Positions 39,208 through 48,356 of a stretch of DNA of 64,000 nt are shown in pieces; the first letter of the stretch is position 1, and the number at the start of each line of letters is the position of its first letter. The stretch is from NCBI GenBank assembly GCA_041601615.1, contig JBFIHX010000007.1, positions 11,853 to 75,852 on the forward strand. Direction: 5' to 3'. Source of the stretch: Thermoplasmatota archaeon (GTDB lineage: Archaea; Thermoplasmatota; E2; JACPAO01; JAHFTW01). Both the position numbers and the translations under genes were made by a program. Under the pieces are notes generated by a model that was not told where the DNA came from, ran no database searches, and was given only the letters and a program-made list of their open reading frames with translations.

Positions 39208-39570
39208 CTACGCGAGGCAGAAGCCGCCGTTGCCAAAGTTGTCGTACCACTCGATGCGGCAGGAGCTGGCGCCGGGGCGCACGCAGACGCCTTGGTCGAT
39301 GTCTGGGCCGACGAGCACTTGTCGGCAGATTTCGCCAAAGCCGAGGGTGACGGCGGGCACGATGCAGGTGTCGCGGCCGTAGTTGTTGTAGATCCAGACG
39401 AGGCAGTCTTCACCTTTGACGTCGTAGCAGATGCCGGAGTCGATGTCGGGGCCGTAGAACAGTTGCTGGCACGCCGCAGTGGGTGCGCTGTCGGCGCTGG
39501 CGGTGGGAGCGATGGTCACGAGGAGTGTCGCGGCCAAGATGCTTGCGAGGAGGGGACGGTGTCCAATCAT
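39208..39570 (-). CDS. secreted protein with two GPDID(S/Q)G 4-Cys modules
   Basis: Paralog of 38677-39045 with a similar signal peptide. Confidence 0.78.
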   Translation of the reverse strand: MIGHRPLLASILAATLLVTIAPTASADSAPTAACQQLFYGPDIDSGICYDVKGEDCLVWIYNNYGRDTCIVPAVTLGFGEICRQVLVGPDIDQGVCVRPGASSCRIEWYDNFGNGGFCLA

Positions 39571-39619
39571 CAATCGCAGTATGCGGACGGGTTCATGAGT
39601 CCGCTGCTTTGGTCCTGTT

Positions 39620-39826
39620 CTATCTAGGTTCGGCCGATATAGGGCCTTGTTTGGACGGGCAGCGGACGGAGCCGTAAGAGCAGTAGACGCAGCAATCGCC
39701 GGGAAGCAGGCGCAGCATGGCACCACATCCAGTGCAGGTGTAGGCAATTTGACATGCGTCTATCGGCATTCGTGCTTCGTTGGCCGTGTGGCATCGCGAG
39801 CAGGTAATGGTCGAATGAATCCGCAC
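39620..39826 (-). CDS. GDCCVxC domain small Cys-rich protein
   Basis: STITC..C...MP.DAC...Y.C..CG...PGDCCVYCSYGSV.CP. Confidence 0.75.
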   Translation of the reverse strand: MRIHSTITCSRCHTANEARMPIDACQIAYTCTGCGAMLRLLPGDCCVYCSYGSVRCPSKQGPISAEPR

Positions 39827-40046
39827 ACCATTCCATGGCCGCAGCGTAGCAAGGATGCTTTGATTGGGGCCGGATTTTGGACAGCTTTTCATCACACACT
39901 TTTTCTAATAACCAATGGTAAGGAATAATTTATCATCGTTGACATTTCACGGGACTCATATTATTGCTTCAAATCCCAACCATCAAATCAAAATCCGCTA
40001 GGGAGCGGCAAAGCGTTCAACTATCGCCGCGGGGCAAGAGGGTATC

Positions 40047-40427
40047 ATGGACAGAATGCACCCCATCAGAATCCTCTTGGTCGAGGACGAGGTGACGGAC
40101 GCCCGCATCGCCTGCTTGGGCTTGCCCCCGGAAGCCGGCTACCACATCCATCATGTGCGCACCGGCCGCGATGCGCTGGTGGCCGCTCGCAGCCACGCCT
40201 TCGACCTAGCGCTCCTTGACCATAGGCTCCCGGACCTTTCCGGCGTTGAGGTCGGCAAGCGCCTGCGTAGCGACGGTTTTCGCGCCCCGCTCGTGATGAT
40301 TTCTGGCGTCCTTCAAGACGCCCTAGTAGACAAGGCGTTTCAAGCCGGCATCGACGATTTCGTGGTCAAGGAACATGGCTACGGTGATCGCCTTGCGGAC
40401 GCGGTGCACGCCGCACTCGGAGTATGA
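40047..40427 (+). CDS. stand-alone response regulator receiver
   Basis: LLVEDE, LLDHRLPDLSG, MIS, FVVK. Confidence 0.88.
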   Translation: MDRMHPIRILLVEDEVTDARIACLGLPPEAGYHIHHVRTGRDALVAARSHAFDLALLDHRLPDLSGVEVGKRLRSDGFRAPLVMISGVLQDALVDKAFQAGIDDFVVKEHGYGDRLADAVHAALGV

Positions 40428-41665
40428 ACTCCACCCGCGAACTCGTCCAGAAAGTTCAGCAGTTTGGCGTACCGGAACCTGAGGGACGCCTCTACTACCA
40501 CCTGTGCCGCCTGGGTCGAAGCACCGCAGCCGAAGTGGCCCGAGCCGCCGGCATCAGCCGCACAGACGGTTATCGCCTTCTGAGCCAGATGCAGGAGCGC
40601 GGCCTTGTGGAGAAGACCCTGGAGCGACCCGCCCGTTTCGTACCCGTGCCGGTGCGTGAAGTGCTGGACCGGTTTCTGACGGATCGCCGACGGTCCCTCG
40701 ATGAACTTACGACCCTACAGGACGCCCTCGCATCGGCCTGGCCGCATGGCGAGGAATTGCAGACACCGGACCGTCGCATCAGCACCCACAGGGGCCGCAG
40801 CCAAGTCCAAGGACTCGTGGAACGCATCATCGACGGCACTGAAGAAGACCTGATTCTCTCGACAAACCTGCGTGCCCTGGCGACCCTAAACCTGCAACGC
40901 ATCCTGGAAAGGCTCAAGGGAAGGCGCGACGCGGGAGTTCCCGTCCGTGTGTTGACGTGCATCGAAGTACCGGATATTCCAATCATCAATCAACTATCCA
41001 AGGTTGCCATGATCCGCCACCTGGCCCTGGGCGAATACCATGAGATGCTCATCGCCGACACCAATTCTATTGCATTGTTTGTAGGTGGCAGCCATGGCCG
41101 CGACCCCGACGGAGGCCACGAGACATTGCTGCACCTAACCGCCCCGCCGTTCGTCATGGCACAAAAAGCGCTCGTGGACCAAGAATGGAGCCGAGGCATC
41201 GACCTAGCGGAGCGAATCCGGGAACTTCGCACTGGGTCCTTTCCCGAGCGCGCCGAATTGCTTCGAGGTCGCTGGATCCGCACCGAGCGCATGAAACAGA
41301 TGCTGTTTCGAAACGACCGCGTCACCATCCTGGCCCCCGCACACGAATTGCGCCGCTGGGAATCCAATGGAGTGGCTCGCGTGCTGCGCCGGCGCCAAGC
41401 CGAAGGTTGCGTCATGATCGTCTTGAGCAACACCCAACCAGCCCCCGGCACAAGCGCCGGACGAGGCTACGAATTGCGGCGCATTGCGGGCACCCGCCGC
41501 CTGCTCGTACTAGGCGGAACCAGAGAGTTGCTGACTGTCGAGGAATGCCCAGACAAAGCCGGCTCCACCAACGAAGCTGAATGGAGCACGTGGACCACAA
41601 TTCGCTCCGCCATCGACGAGGCCCGCGACCGGTTGGACGCTGCTTTGGCTCGCGCCAAATTCTGA
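40424..41665 (+). CDS. TrmB family transcriptional regulator
   Basis: FG..E.E..LY, EVARAAGISR...Y..L..M.ERGLV, RPARFVPVP; ATGA overlap. Confidence 0.85.
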   Translation: MNSTRELVQKVQQFGVPEPEGRLYYHLCRLGRSTAAEVARAAGISRTDGYRLLSQMQERGLVEKTLERPARFVPVPVREVLDRFLTDRRRSLDELTTLQDALASAWPHGEELQTPDRRISTHRGRSQVQGLVERIIDGTEEDLILSTNLRALATLNLQRILERLKGRRDAGVPVRVLTCIEVPDIPIINQLSKVAMIRHLALGEYHEMLIADTNSIALFVGGSHGRDPDGGHETLLHLTAPPFVMAQKALVDQEWSRGIDLAERIRELRTGSFPERAELLRGRWIRTERMKQMLFRNDRVTILAPAHELRRWESNGVARVLRRRQAEGCVMIVLSNTQPAPGTSAGRGYELRRIAGTRRLLVLGGTRELLTVEECPDKAGSTNEAEWSTWTTIRSAIDEARDRLDAALARAKF

Positions 41666-42092
41666 ATTGAATGCAGCAACGCATGGCTATTCTTGGAGGC
41701 CCCATGGTTGCTTTGACGCGGCGCGCCCGGGCCACTTCTGCGGCCGCCCCGTTTTCCGGCTACCTTCTGGCCCACGTGCCCTTCTGCCCCATTTGAACCA
41801 AACCAAGAGCAGGTCGATTTCGACGCTCCAAGCAGCCCAAGCCGATGCCCGCGCCACCCCTCTCCCCGGCCCCGACTCGCGCCCGGTACCTCGGAAGACG
41901 GTGAGAACTCCACGGGACGGCCCAGAACGGCCCGCCACTGCACGGCACGGCGCTGCCCGAATCTCGGTCCGAATCAGTTCATGCTGGTCCGCGACCGGAT
42001 TTGTCTGTCTGTCCACGGACAAAAAACGAACCATCACTCCCAGCGGCTCCTGGCGCTCCGCCCTCGGCTAGAAACCGGGGGCGGTGACCCCC

Positions 42093-42632
42093 ATGAACAC
42101 CACAACCGCCGCAACCCACGCCCGCATCCACGCCCTCGTCCGCGCCGACCCCGGCATCCACATCCGCCGCATCGCCTTCTTGACCGGCCTCTCCTGGAAC
42201 ACCATTCAATACCACCTGCGCCGCATGGAAGCCAAAGGCTCCGTCGCCAGCCGAAAAGTCGAAGGGAACGTCTGCTACTTCGACCGAAGCTCCGGCGCAT
42301 TCCCCGGCAAAGTGGGCCAGGCACTCCTGCGCGACGCTCGCAACGTGCAACTTGCCCGCCACCTCGTTCAGCACGACGGCCTCAGCCAGAAAGAACTCTC
42401 CGAAGGACTAGGACTCGCCGCCAGCGTCATCCACCGCCGGGTCAGCAAATTCGAGGAAGCCGGCCTCGTCGACCGCGTGCCGGAAGGCCGGTCGATTCTG
42501 GTGTTTGCCCGCGACGACCTAAGCGTGGGTTTGAACCGCGTGGGGTTGCTGCCCCGGGAAGTGGAGGCCGACGTGACGATTCGCACCGGCATTCCCGTTG
42601 TCGAGCCCACCGCGGTCCACGCAACCCTGTAG
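42093..42632 (+). CDS. double winged-helix transcriptional regulator
   Basis: PGIHIRRI...TIQYHL and GLSQKELSEGLGL...HR..K.EEAGLV. Confidence 0.85.
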   Translation: MNTTTAATHARIHALVRADPGIHIRRIAFLTGLSWNTIQYHLRRMEAKGSVASRKVEGNVCYFDRSSGAFPGKVGQALLRDARNVQLARHLVQHDGLSQKELSEGLGLAASVIHRRVSKFEEAGLVDRVPEGRSILVFARDDLSVGLNRVGLLPREVEADVTIRTGIPVVEPTAVHATL

Positions 42633-42661
42633 TCTAGGCCCGACTTGTCCCGGAAACGAGG

Positions 42662-42969
42662 TCGACCCCCCAGCTCCGAATAAGCCCCATCCTGTTCCCC
42701 CATGACCCTCACGAATCATGGGCTTGCGGCATCCGACTAAGCGTCACGAAGACTTGCACCAGGGGACCGTGGCACGTTTCATCAGTTCCCTCGGCGATGT
42801 CCGGAGCTTGCCCGGCAAGCCGGCCCTCCTTCATCCCGCTCCGAGGACTGTGTCGTTTCTGCGCCCGGACGGCCACTCTCGCAGCCACCCCTTCTGGGGC
42901 ACCCATTCGCGGTGTGGGGACTTTCCTCACTGCTAGGCAGCGTAAGCCGCGCTGAAGCGAGGGGGTCGA
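42662..42969 (-). ncRNA. rnpB: RNase P RNA
   Basis: Minus strand carries GAGGAAAGTCC, GCAGAAAC, TGAAAC, GGTGCAAG, GCTTAGTCGGATG and AACAGGATGGGGCTTA; ends pair (tcgaccccc / gggggtcga). Confidence 0.93.
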
Positions 42970-43109
42970 AGTGCGGCGAGACAGGAGCTGGTTATGGCCG
43001 TTTCCGAGGCCCCCGCCTCACTTGCTGCCGTGGCGTTCGCGTCGAACGTGTCGTCGATTGCCGCCGTAGACTCCAGAACACTCTTTTGCTGTGCTGCTGC
43101 CCTGGGTGA

Positions 43110-43505
43110 ATGACGACACGCGAGGGTCAAATTGGCCTTGCATTGATGGGGAGTGTGTTTCTTGGCATCTGGTTGTACGGATTGATGTTCAGTTTTGACC
43201 CGGTCGACGGGGAAACCCAAGACGTGGGGCGTTGGTTTGGCTGGGGCATGGTGGGCCTCGTGATGGCGGCGGCCGGTTACGGCATCCGGGCCCTTGGCGG
43301 TGTGCCGCAATTGGTGTCCATGATTTTGCTTGGCTTGTTGTCCACGCTCGTGGTGATGGGCGCGGTGCTCAACGAAAACGTATACATCTTTGCCACCCTT
43401 TGCTCCGGCATCGGTGCTGGCTTGATTGTGGCCGCGATGCCTCCTCCTCGGGTGCGGGACCATGCCCCAGGGCATTTTGGCGAATCAGACCAGGATCAAG
43501 CGTAG
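43110..43505 (+). CDS. hypothetical membrane protein
   Basis: Four hydrophobic segments. Confidence 0.65.
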   Translation: MTTREGQIGLALMGSVFLGIWLYGLMFSFDPVDGETQDVGRWFGWGMVGLVMAAAGYGIRALGGVPQLVSMILLGLLSTLVVMGAVLNENVYIFATLCSGIGAGLIVAAMPPPRVRDHAPGHFGESDQDQA

Positions 43506-44500
43506 GCGTCGTTCCAGGGCAAGACCTCGAGTGTGTGGCCAGTGCACGTGGTGTGGCATGCGTCGGTGGCACTGAGGGTCCAGGTGCCGGGGACGGGAAA
43601 CACGACGCGAGCCTCCCAGGTGCCGGGGTCGCTGGTTTCGCTCCATTCTGCATAGACGGGCTCCGCTCCTTCCATGCCCCAGCCGGATTTTCTCGGGTCG
43701 AACGATTCGCCCGTGTCTTCCACGTCGTGCACGAGCATGTGCACGGGGTGACCGGCGACCATCCATAGTGGGTGGTCGAGGGTGCCGAATCCAATGTTCC
43801 ATTCAATGCCGGCGTCAAGGGCGCGCACGAGGCCAAGGGCGTCTAGGTCAGCGGGCGGTGGCAGCAAATGGGCGGTGTTGAGGACCACGTCGGTGATGGG
43901 TCGGTCGAGGCCGGGAATGGTGGGCTCTGCGTTGATGGCGCGCACCACGTCGAGGCCTTCGAACACCTGCCCGAACAGTGTGTAGGAGCCGAACACTGCG
44001 CCCGTTGGGCCGGTGGGGTTGGTGAGGTGCGGCTGGGGCGTTTCTGCGATGAACCATTGCGAGTCGCCGGAGTTGGGATCGAGGTCGCGGGCGAGTCCGA
44101 CGCTGCCGGCGGCAAAGTGCAGGCGCGCATCCGATTCGAATGCCACCGTCTGGCCGCTGCCCAGTTGCCCGGTGCCGCTTGGATCTCCGCCTTGGATGAC
44201 GAAATCGTCCACGACGCGGTGCACGATCGTGCCATCGTAGAAGCCTCGGTCTGCCAGTCCGCCAATGTGGGCGACGGTATGGGGCGTCCAGGCTTCGAAC
44301 AGAATCATGCGGATTGTGCCATGGTCGGTCTCGAAGCGCAGTTCGGGCATGGCTCGGACTTCCTCTAGAAACTTGAGCAACTCAGGGTCCGGCAAAAGAT
44401 CCGTGTGCGTGTCCGGGATCAAGTCTGAATCCGTGTCGGAAAGGCAACCAGAGACCATCACCAGTGCCAGGGTCAGCAAGGCAATCGACAGGCGGGTCAC
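43496..44500 (-). CDS. cyclophilin-type peptidyl-prolyl isomerase lipoprotein
   Basis: VSGC lipobox; FYDGTIVHRVV..FVIQGGDP, SGDSQWFI, YTLFGQV; start uncertain. Confidence 0.88.
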   Translation of the reverse strand: MTRLSIALLTLALVMVSGCLSDTDSDLIPDTHTDLLPDPELLKFLEEVRAMPELRFETDHGTIRMILFEAWTPHTVAHIGGLADRGFYDGTIVHRVVDDFVIQGGDPSGTGQLGSGQTVAFESDARLHFAAGSVGLARDLDPNSGDSQWFIAETPQPHLTNPTGPTGAVFGSYTLFGQVFEGLDVVRAINAEPTIPGLDRPITDVVLNTAHLLPPPADLDALGLVRALDAGIEWNIGFGTLDHPLWMVAGHPVHMLVHDVEDTGESFDPRKSGWGMEGAEPVYAEWSETSDPGTWEARVVFPVPGTWTLSATDACHTTCTGHTLEVLPWNDAYA

Positions 44501-44644
44501 GCGGAGGGCAGGGCGGCGCACAGGCTCGCCATCGGTGCTCCGGTGAAAGAGTTTGGAAGCAGCGGCTAGGACGCACGGCGTGTGCGTGGGTACCTGGGTT
44601 TGCTTGCGGTACGGCCTTATGGCGCGGCGGCTCGGTCCGTCGTG

Positions 44645-45391
44645 ATGCGTGAGGCGCTTGAGAACTTCTACCGCAACCACCGGGTCGTTCGACCGCCAAC
44701 GCAGCAACCCGACCCGACCGTTCCCGTGGACCTTGTGTGCTTCGACATGGACGGTGTTCTCATCGATGTGGGCAGCAGCTGGGTCATGGTGCACCGCCAC
44801 TACAAGGTAACCAACGAAGCAGGCCTCGAAGCGTATCTCAACGGCGAATTCGACGACGAGGAGTTCATCCGCCGCGATGCCGCCTTATGGCTGCAACATC
44901 AACCACAAATCACGCGCCGCCATTTCGAGGAGATCTTCCAAGAACCCCCGTTCATGGGTGGCGTGCAGCGCACCATCGAAACCTTGGTGGGCGAAGGCAT
45001 CGAATGCGCCATCGTCAGCGGCGGCGTGGACGTCATGGCCGAAAACGTGGCCGCCCGCCTCGGCATCCACCACGTCAGCGCAAACGGCTTCGTGTACGAC
45101 GAGACGGGCCACATCACGGGCGAGGGCGTCGTGCGCACTCCCCTCAACGACAAGGCCCGGCCGGTGCTGGAATTTGCCCGCGAACTTGGCGTGCCACTGG
45201 ATCGAGTCCTAAGCATCGGCAACAGCATGCCCGATGTCAGCATGTTCGAAGTCACAGGCCGCAGCATCGCATTCCACCCCGAAGACGATTACACGCGCCA
45301 ACACGCAACGTGGACCATCGAAGACGGGCCCCTGGACCAAATCCTGCCCCTAGTGCTTCGTCCCGGCGAGCACCAACCCTACGTCGAGTAG
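44645..45391 (+). CDS. HAD family phosphatase (phosphoserine phosphatase-like)
   Basis: FDMDGVL..SSW, VSGG, K, IGNSMPD. Confidence 0.85.
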   Translation: MREALENFYRNHRVVRPPTQQPDPTVPVDLVCFDMDGVLIDVGSSWVMVHRHYKVTNEAGLEAYLNGEFDDEEFIRRDAALWLQHQPQITRRHFEEIFQEPPFMGGVQRTIETLVGEGIECAIVSGGVDVMAENVAARLGIHHVSANGFVYDETGHITGEGVVRTPLNDKARPVLEFARELGVPLDRVLSIGNSMPDVSMFEVTGRSIAFHPEDDYTRQHATWTIEDGPLDQILPLVLRPGEHQPYVE

Positions 45392-46071
45392 GCCCCGCCT
45401 CGGGCCGAGGATGCTTCCAAACCGGAAACGTGCTCCAGGTCGTCCGCAAGCTCTCGGATGTGCACCACATGGGTTTCCATCTCCCGCAGCACTTCCAATT
45501 GATCCAAACTCAGCGAATCATGCAGTTCTCGCTGCAAGCGCCGGATGTCCTCCGCCAACACCCCCAGTGGTTCGCGTAGATTGCGCGCCGCCGCTTGATA
45601 GAATCGGGTCTTCTCCGATTCCAATTGCGTGCGCAGCCGACGCTCCATGTCTTCGCCCAGAATCCCCATGCGCTCCTGTTCATGCCGGGCACGGGCCACG
45701 GACATGCGAATCTCCTGGCACAAGTCCTCACGAGTGATGCCGGCCTTGGTGAGCAAGTCCTGAGCGCCCGCCCGCACGGCCGCAACACCTTGCCCGGCCT
45801 CCTCCATGCCGGTGAGAATGATGATTGGGACACTGGGAACGAGTGCTTGGATCACCTCCACCGTGTCGAGGCCGCTGCTATCGCTGAGGTTCAAATCCAG
45901 AAGAATTGCATCCAGGGGTTCGCCGCCGCGCAATCGGTCACGCGTCGCGAGCAGGCTCGTGGCAGATTCGGTGACAAAGCCGCCGTCGGCCTCCAGCCAA
46001 GCCGCCAACAAGTGCTGAAACACCGGATCATCTTCCACCACGAGGACGCGAAGGGGCTCAGTTGCTTGCAT
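45379..46071 (-). CDS. response regulator receiver with degenerate HisKA-like helical tail
   Basis: VVEDD, LLDLNLSDSSG, ILTG, GAQDLLTK; then RNLREPL. Confidence 0.82.
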   Translation of the reverse strand: MQATEPLRVLVVEDDPVFQHLLAAWLEADGGFVTESATSLLATRDRLRGGEPLDAILLDLNLSDSSGLDTVEVIQALVPSVPIIILTGMEEAGQGVAAVRAGAQDLLTKAGITREDLCQEIRMSVARARHEQERMGILGEDMERRLRTQLESEKTRFYQAAARNLREPLGVLAEDIRRLQRELHDSLSLDQLEVLREMETHVVHIRELADDLEHVSGLEASSARGGAYST

Positions 46072-46316
46072 GAGTCACCGTACTTGCGCCATCACGTGGG
46101 CAAAAAATGAATGGAATCAAGACCCCAATACACGAATTTAGCCCATTGGCATCTTGGATACGAACCAATTGTCGGCTTAGCCCCGCGACCCCATCATCAG
46201 GCACTCTTCCAGGTTGACCTTCACCCACGCAGCACGCCCCCACTCGCCCAGACACGATAGGTTCGAGCCAATTGCAGCGTTTTTAGCCTTTGCCCCTGGA
46301 ATGGGTGGCAAGCACT

Positions 46317-46646
46317 TCAATGGCTCGCCAGCAATGCACCCTCAAGCCGCAAGTGCGTCATGCGCCCATCTCGATCAAAACTCAAGACCGCGCTCCCCTG
46401 TCCGCCCCCGCCATCGACGCGGGTCACGTCCCAATTCACCATCACCACATTGCGCACCGCCCGCACCACCACGACCTGGCACGAAGCAAGCGGCAGCACC
46501 GCAAATTCCCCAAGCATCGCACGCAAATCCCGCTCGACGCCAAGGCTTGGCAACGACACTCGGGCATCCGGGCTTGCCCAAGCATCCACGTCAAAACCGG
46601 CTGAATCAACCACCGCTTTGGCCAGTTCCGCAACGCGCTCGCGCAT
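46317..46646 (-). CDS. hypothetical protein (possibly NTF2/SnoaL-like)
   Basis: 109-aa ORF; beta-rich end SAVLSFDRDGRMT. Confidence 0.5.
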   Translation of the reverse strand: MRERVAELAKAVVDSAGFDVDAWASPDARVSLPSLGVERDLRAMLGEFAVLPLASCQVVVVRAVRNVVMVNWDVTRVDGGGGQGSAVLSFDRDGRMTHLRLEGALLASH

Positions 46647-46706
46647 GTCCACGGCCCGGCAAGTCGGAGGATGTGGTTTAAGCGCCGCTGCCCGGTGGCC
46701 GCCTCC

Positions 46707-48239
46707 ATGAAGCTCTCCTGTGTTTCGCCCAAGCAGGCCAAGGCCCAATTCGCCGTGGTCGGTGTGGCCTCCAAGGACGACGTCCGCACCGCCCCCAGCC
46801 TCGCCACCTTCGGCCTCCAGGACGACAAGCACATCCAATGGCTGCTGTCCAACGAAACCACCGGCCTCGGCCTCAAACAAGTGGTCGCCATGCCGACCCA
46901 AGGCGAGTTCGGCATTTGCCTCGTGGGTCTTGGCGAACCCGAAAAACTAGACCAGGAAAAACTCGCAGCTGCATTTTCCGCCGCACTCAAACACCTCAAG
47001 GGACTCGGAGTTGCCACCGTCGCAACATCCCTCATCACCGACGCCACCGCCAACTCCAGCGCAGACGCAGGCCTTGACGAAGCAACCGCCATCCAAGCCC
47101 TCGTGCACGGCGCCATCGCCGGCGACTTGAGTTTTGACCAATGGAAAGGCAAGGGCGACGACGCAGAAACCGGCAAGAAGGCCAAGAAGGACAAAAAGAA
47201 GGCCGCAATCGACGTGGTCCAATTCATCCACGACAAACCGGCTAGCATCCGCAAGAACGTGGACGCCGCCGAAGCAATCCAAGAAGCCGTCAACGACGCT
47301 CGCCTCATCGCCAACACGCCCGCCAACATCGCCACACCCAAGTGGATGGCCGACGAAGCCCGCGCACGCGGCAAAAAATACGGATTCAAAGTCAGCGTCA
47401 AAGGCCGCGCTGCCCTGTTGAAAGAAGGCTACGGTGCCCTGACCGGTGTAGCCCAAGGAAGCACCAACGAGGAGCAACTCGTTGTCATGGAATACACACC
47501 CGAGAAGACCACGAAGGCCACCAAGACCATCGTGGTCGTCGGCAAGGGTGTCACTTTCGACTCCGGCGGCATCAGCATCAAGCCCGGCCAGGGCATGTGG
47601 GACATGAAGTACGACAAGTGCGGCGCCTGCAACACCATCGCCCTCATGGGGACCCTCCAGCGCCTCGGCGTCAAGCACCGCGTCATCGGCATCACGCCCT
47701 GCGTTGAAAACATGCCCAGCGGCACCGCCCAGCGCCCCGGCGACATCGTCACGAGCAAAGACGGCACCACGATCGAAGTCCTCAACACGGACGCCGAAGG
47801 TCGCCTGATTCTTGCGGACGCCATCACCTTCGGCCGCAGCTTCAAACCCGACTGGATGTGCGACATGGCGACCCTCACGGGTGCTTGCGACTTTGCCGTT
47901 GGACCCACCTATGTGGCCGTCATGAGCAAAAATGATGAGCTTGCCACCAAGTTTGTCGACGCAAGCAACAAGTCCGGCGACAAGGCCTGGCGCCTGCCCC
48001 AGGGCGAGGAATACGACGAGGCAAACAAGGGCACCTACGCCGACTTGCAAAACATCAGCCTCACCAACAAGGCCGGCACCAGCATCGGCGGCAGCTTCGT
48101 GAGCCACTTTGCCAAAGACACGCCCTTTGTCCACCTAGACATCGCCAGCAAGGCCTGGACCGGCGGAAACGGCGTCTTCGCGAAAGGGCCGACCGGCGCT
48201 GGCTTGCGCATCGTCGTGCAAGCAATCCTCGACAGCTAG
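46707..48239 (+). CDS. pepA: leucyl aminopeptidase (M17)
   Basis: VGKGVTFDSGG, MKYD, NTDAEGRL, HLDIA. Confidence 0.95.
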   Translation: MKLSCVSPKQAKAQFAVVGVASKDDVRTAPSLATFGLQDDKHIQWLLSNETTGLGLKQVVAMPTQGEFGICLVGLGEPEKLDQEKLAAAFSAALKHLKGLGVATVATSLITDATANSSADAGLDEATAIQALVHGAIAGDLSFDQWKGKGDDAETGKKAKKDKKKAAIDVVQFIHDKPASIRKNVDAAEAIQEAVNDARLIANTPANIATPKWMADEARARGKKYGFKVSVKGRAALLKEGYGALTGVAQGSTNEEQLVVMEYTPEKTTKATKTIVVVGKGVTFDSGGISIKPGQGMWDMKYDKCGACNTIALMGTLQRLGVKHRVIGITPCVENMPSGTAQRPGDIVTSKDGTTIEVLNTDAEGRLILADAITFGRSFKPDWMCDMATLTGACDFAVGPTYVAVMSKNDELATKFVDASNKSGDKAWRLPQGEEYDEANKGTYADLQNISLTNKAGTSIGGSFVSHFAKDTPFVHLDIASKAWTGGNGVFAKGPTGAGLRIVVQAILDS

Positions 48240-48259
48240 GCAGTACTGCCTGACCTGAG

Positions 48260-48356
48260 CCGGGTCGTCGGCCACCGGCCGGCGGCCCCTCCTGGGTAAT
48301 CCGAGGGCGCGAAGGGCCCTAGGGGTGTACTACCGAGGGCGCGAAGTACCGCTAGG
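48260..48356 (+). repeat. dispersed hairpin element (second stem degenerate, overlaps the nhaC stop)
   Basis: cgggtcgtcggcc-acc-ggccggcggccc...ccgagggcgcgaagggccctagg. Confidence 0.85.

Noticed and set aside
38761-39460. CRISPR-like direct repeats gccttggtcgatgtcNgggccgacga
   Set aside because: They are in-frame coding repeats (GPDIDQG modules) with irregular spacing.
41670-42080. Hidden gene or ncRNA in the 400-nt gap
   Set aside because: ORFs look non-coding and I recognise no tRNA or other RNA motif.
42709-42936. Short ORFs on both strands
   Set aside because: They lie within the RNase P RNA gene.
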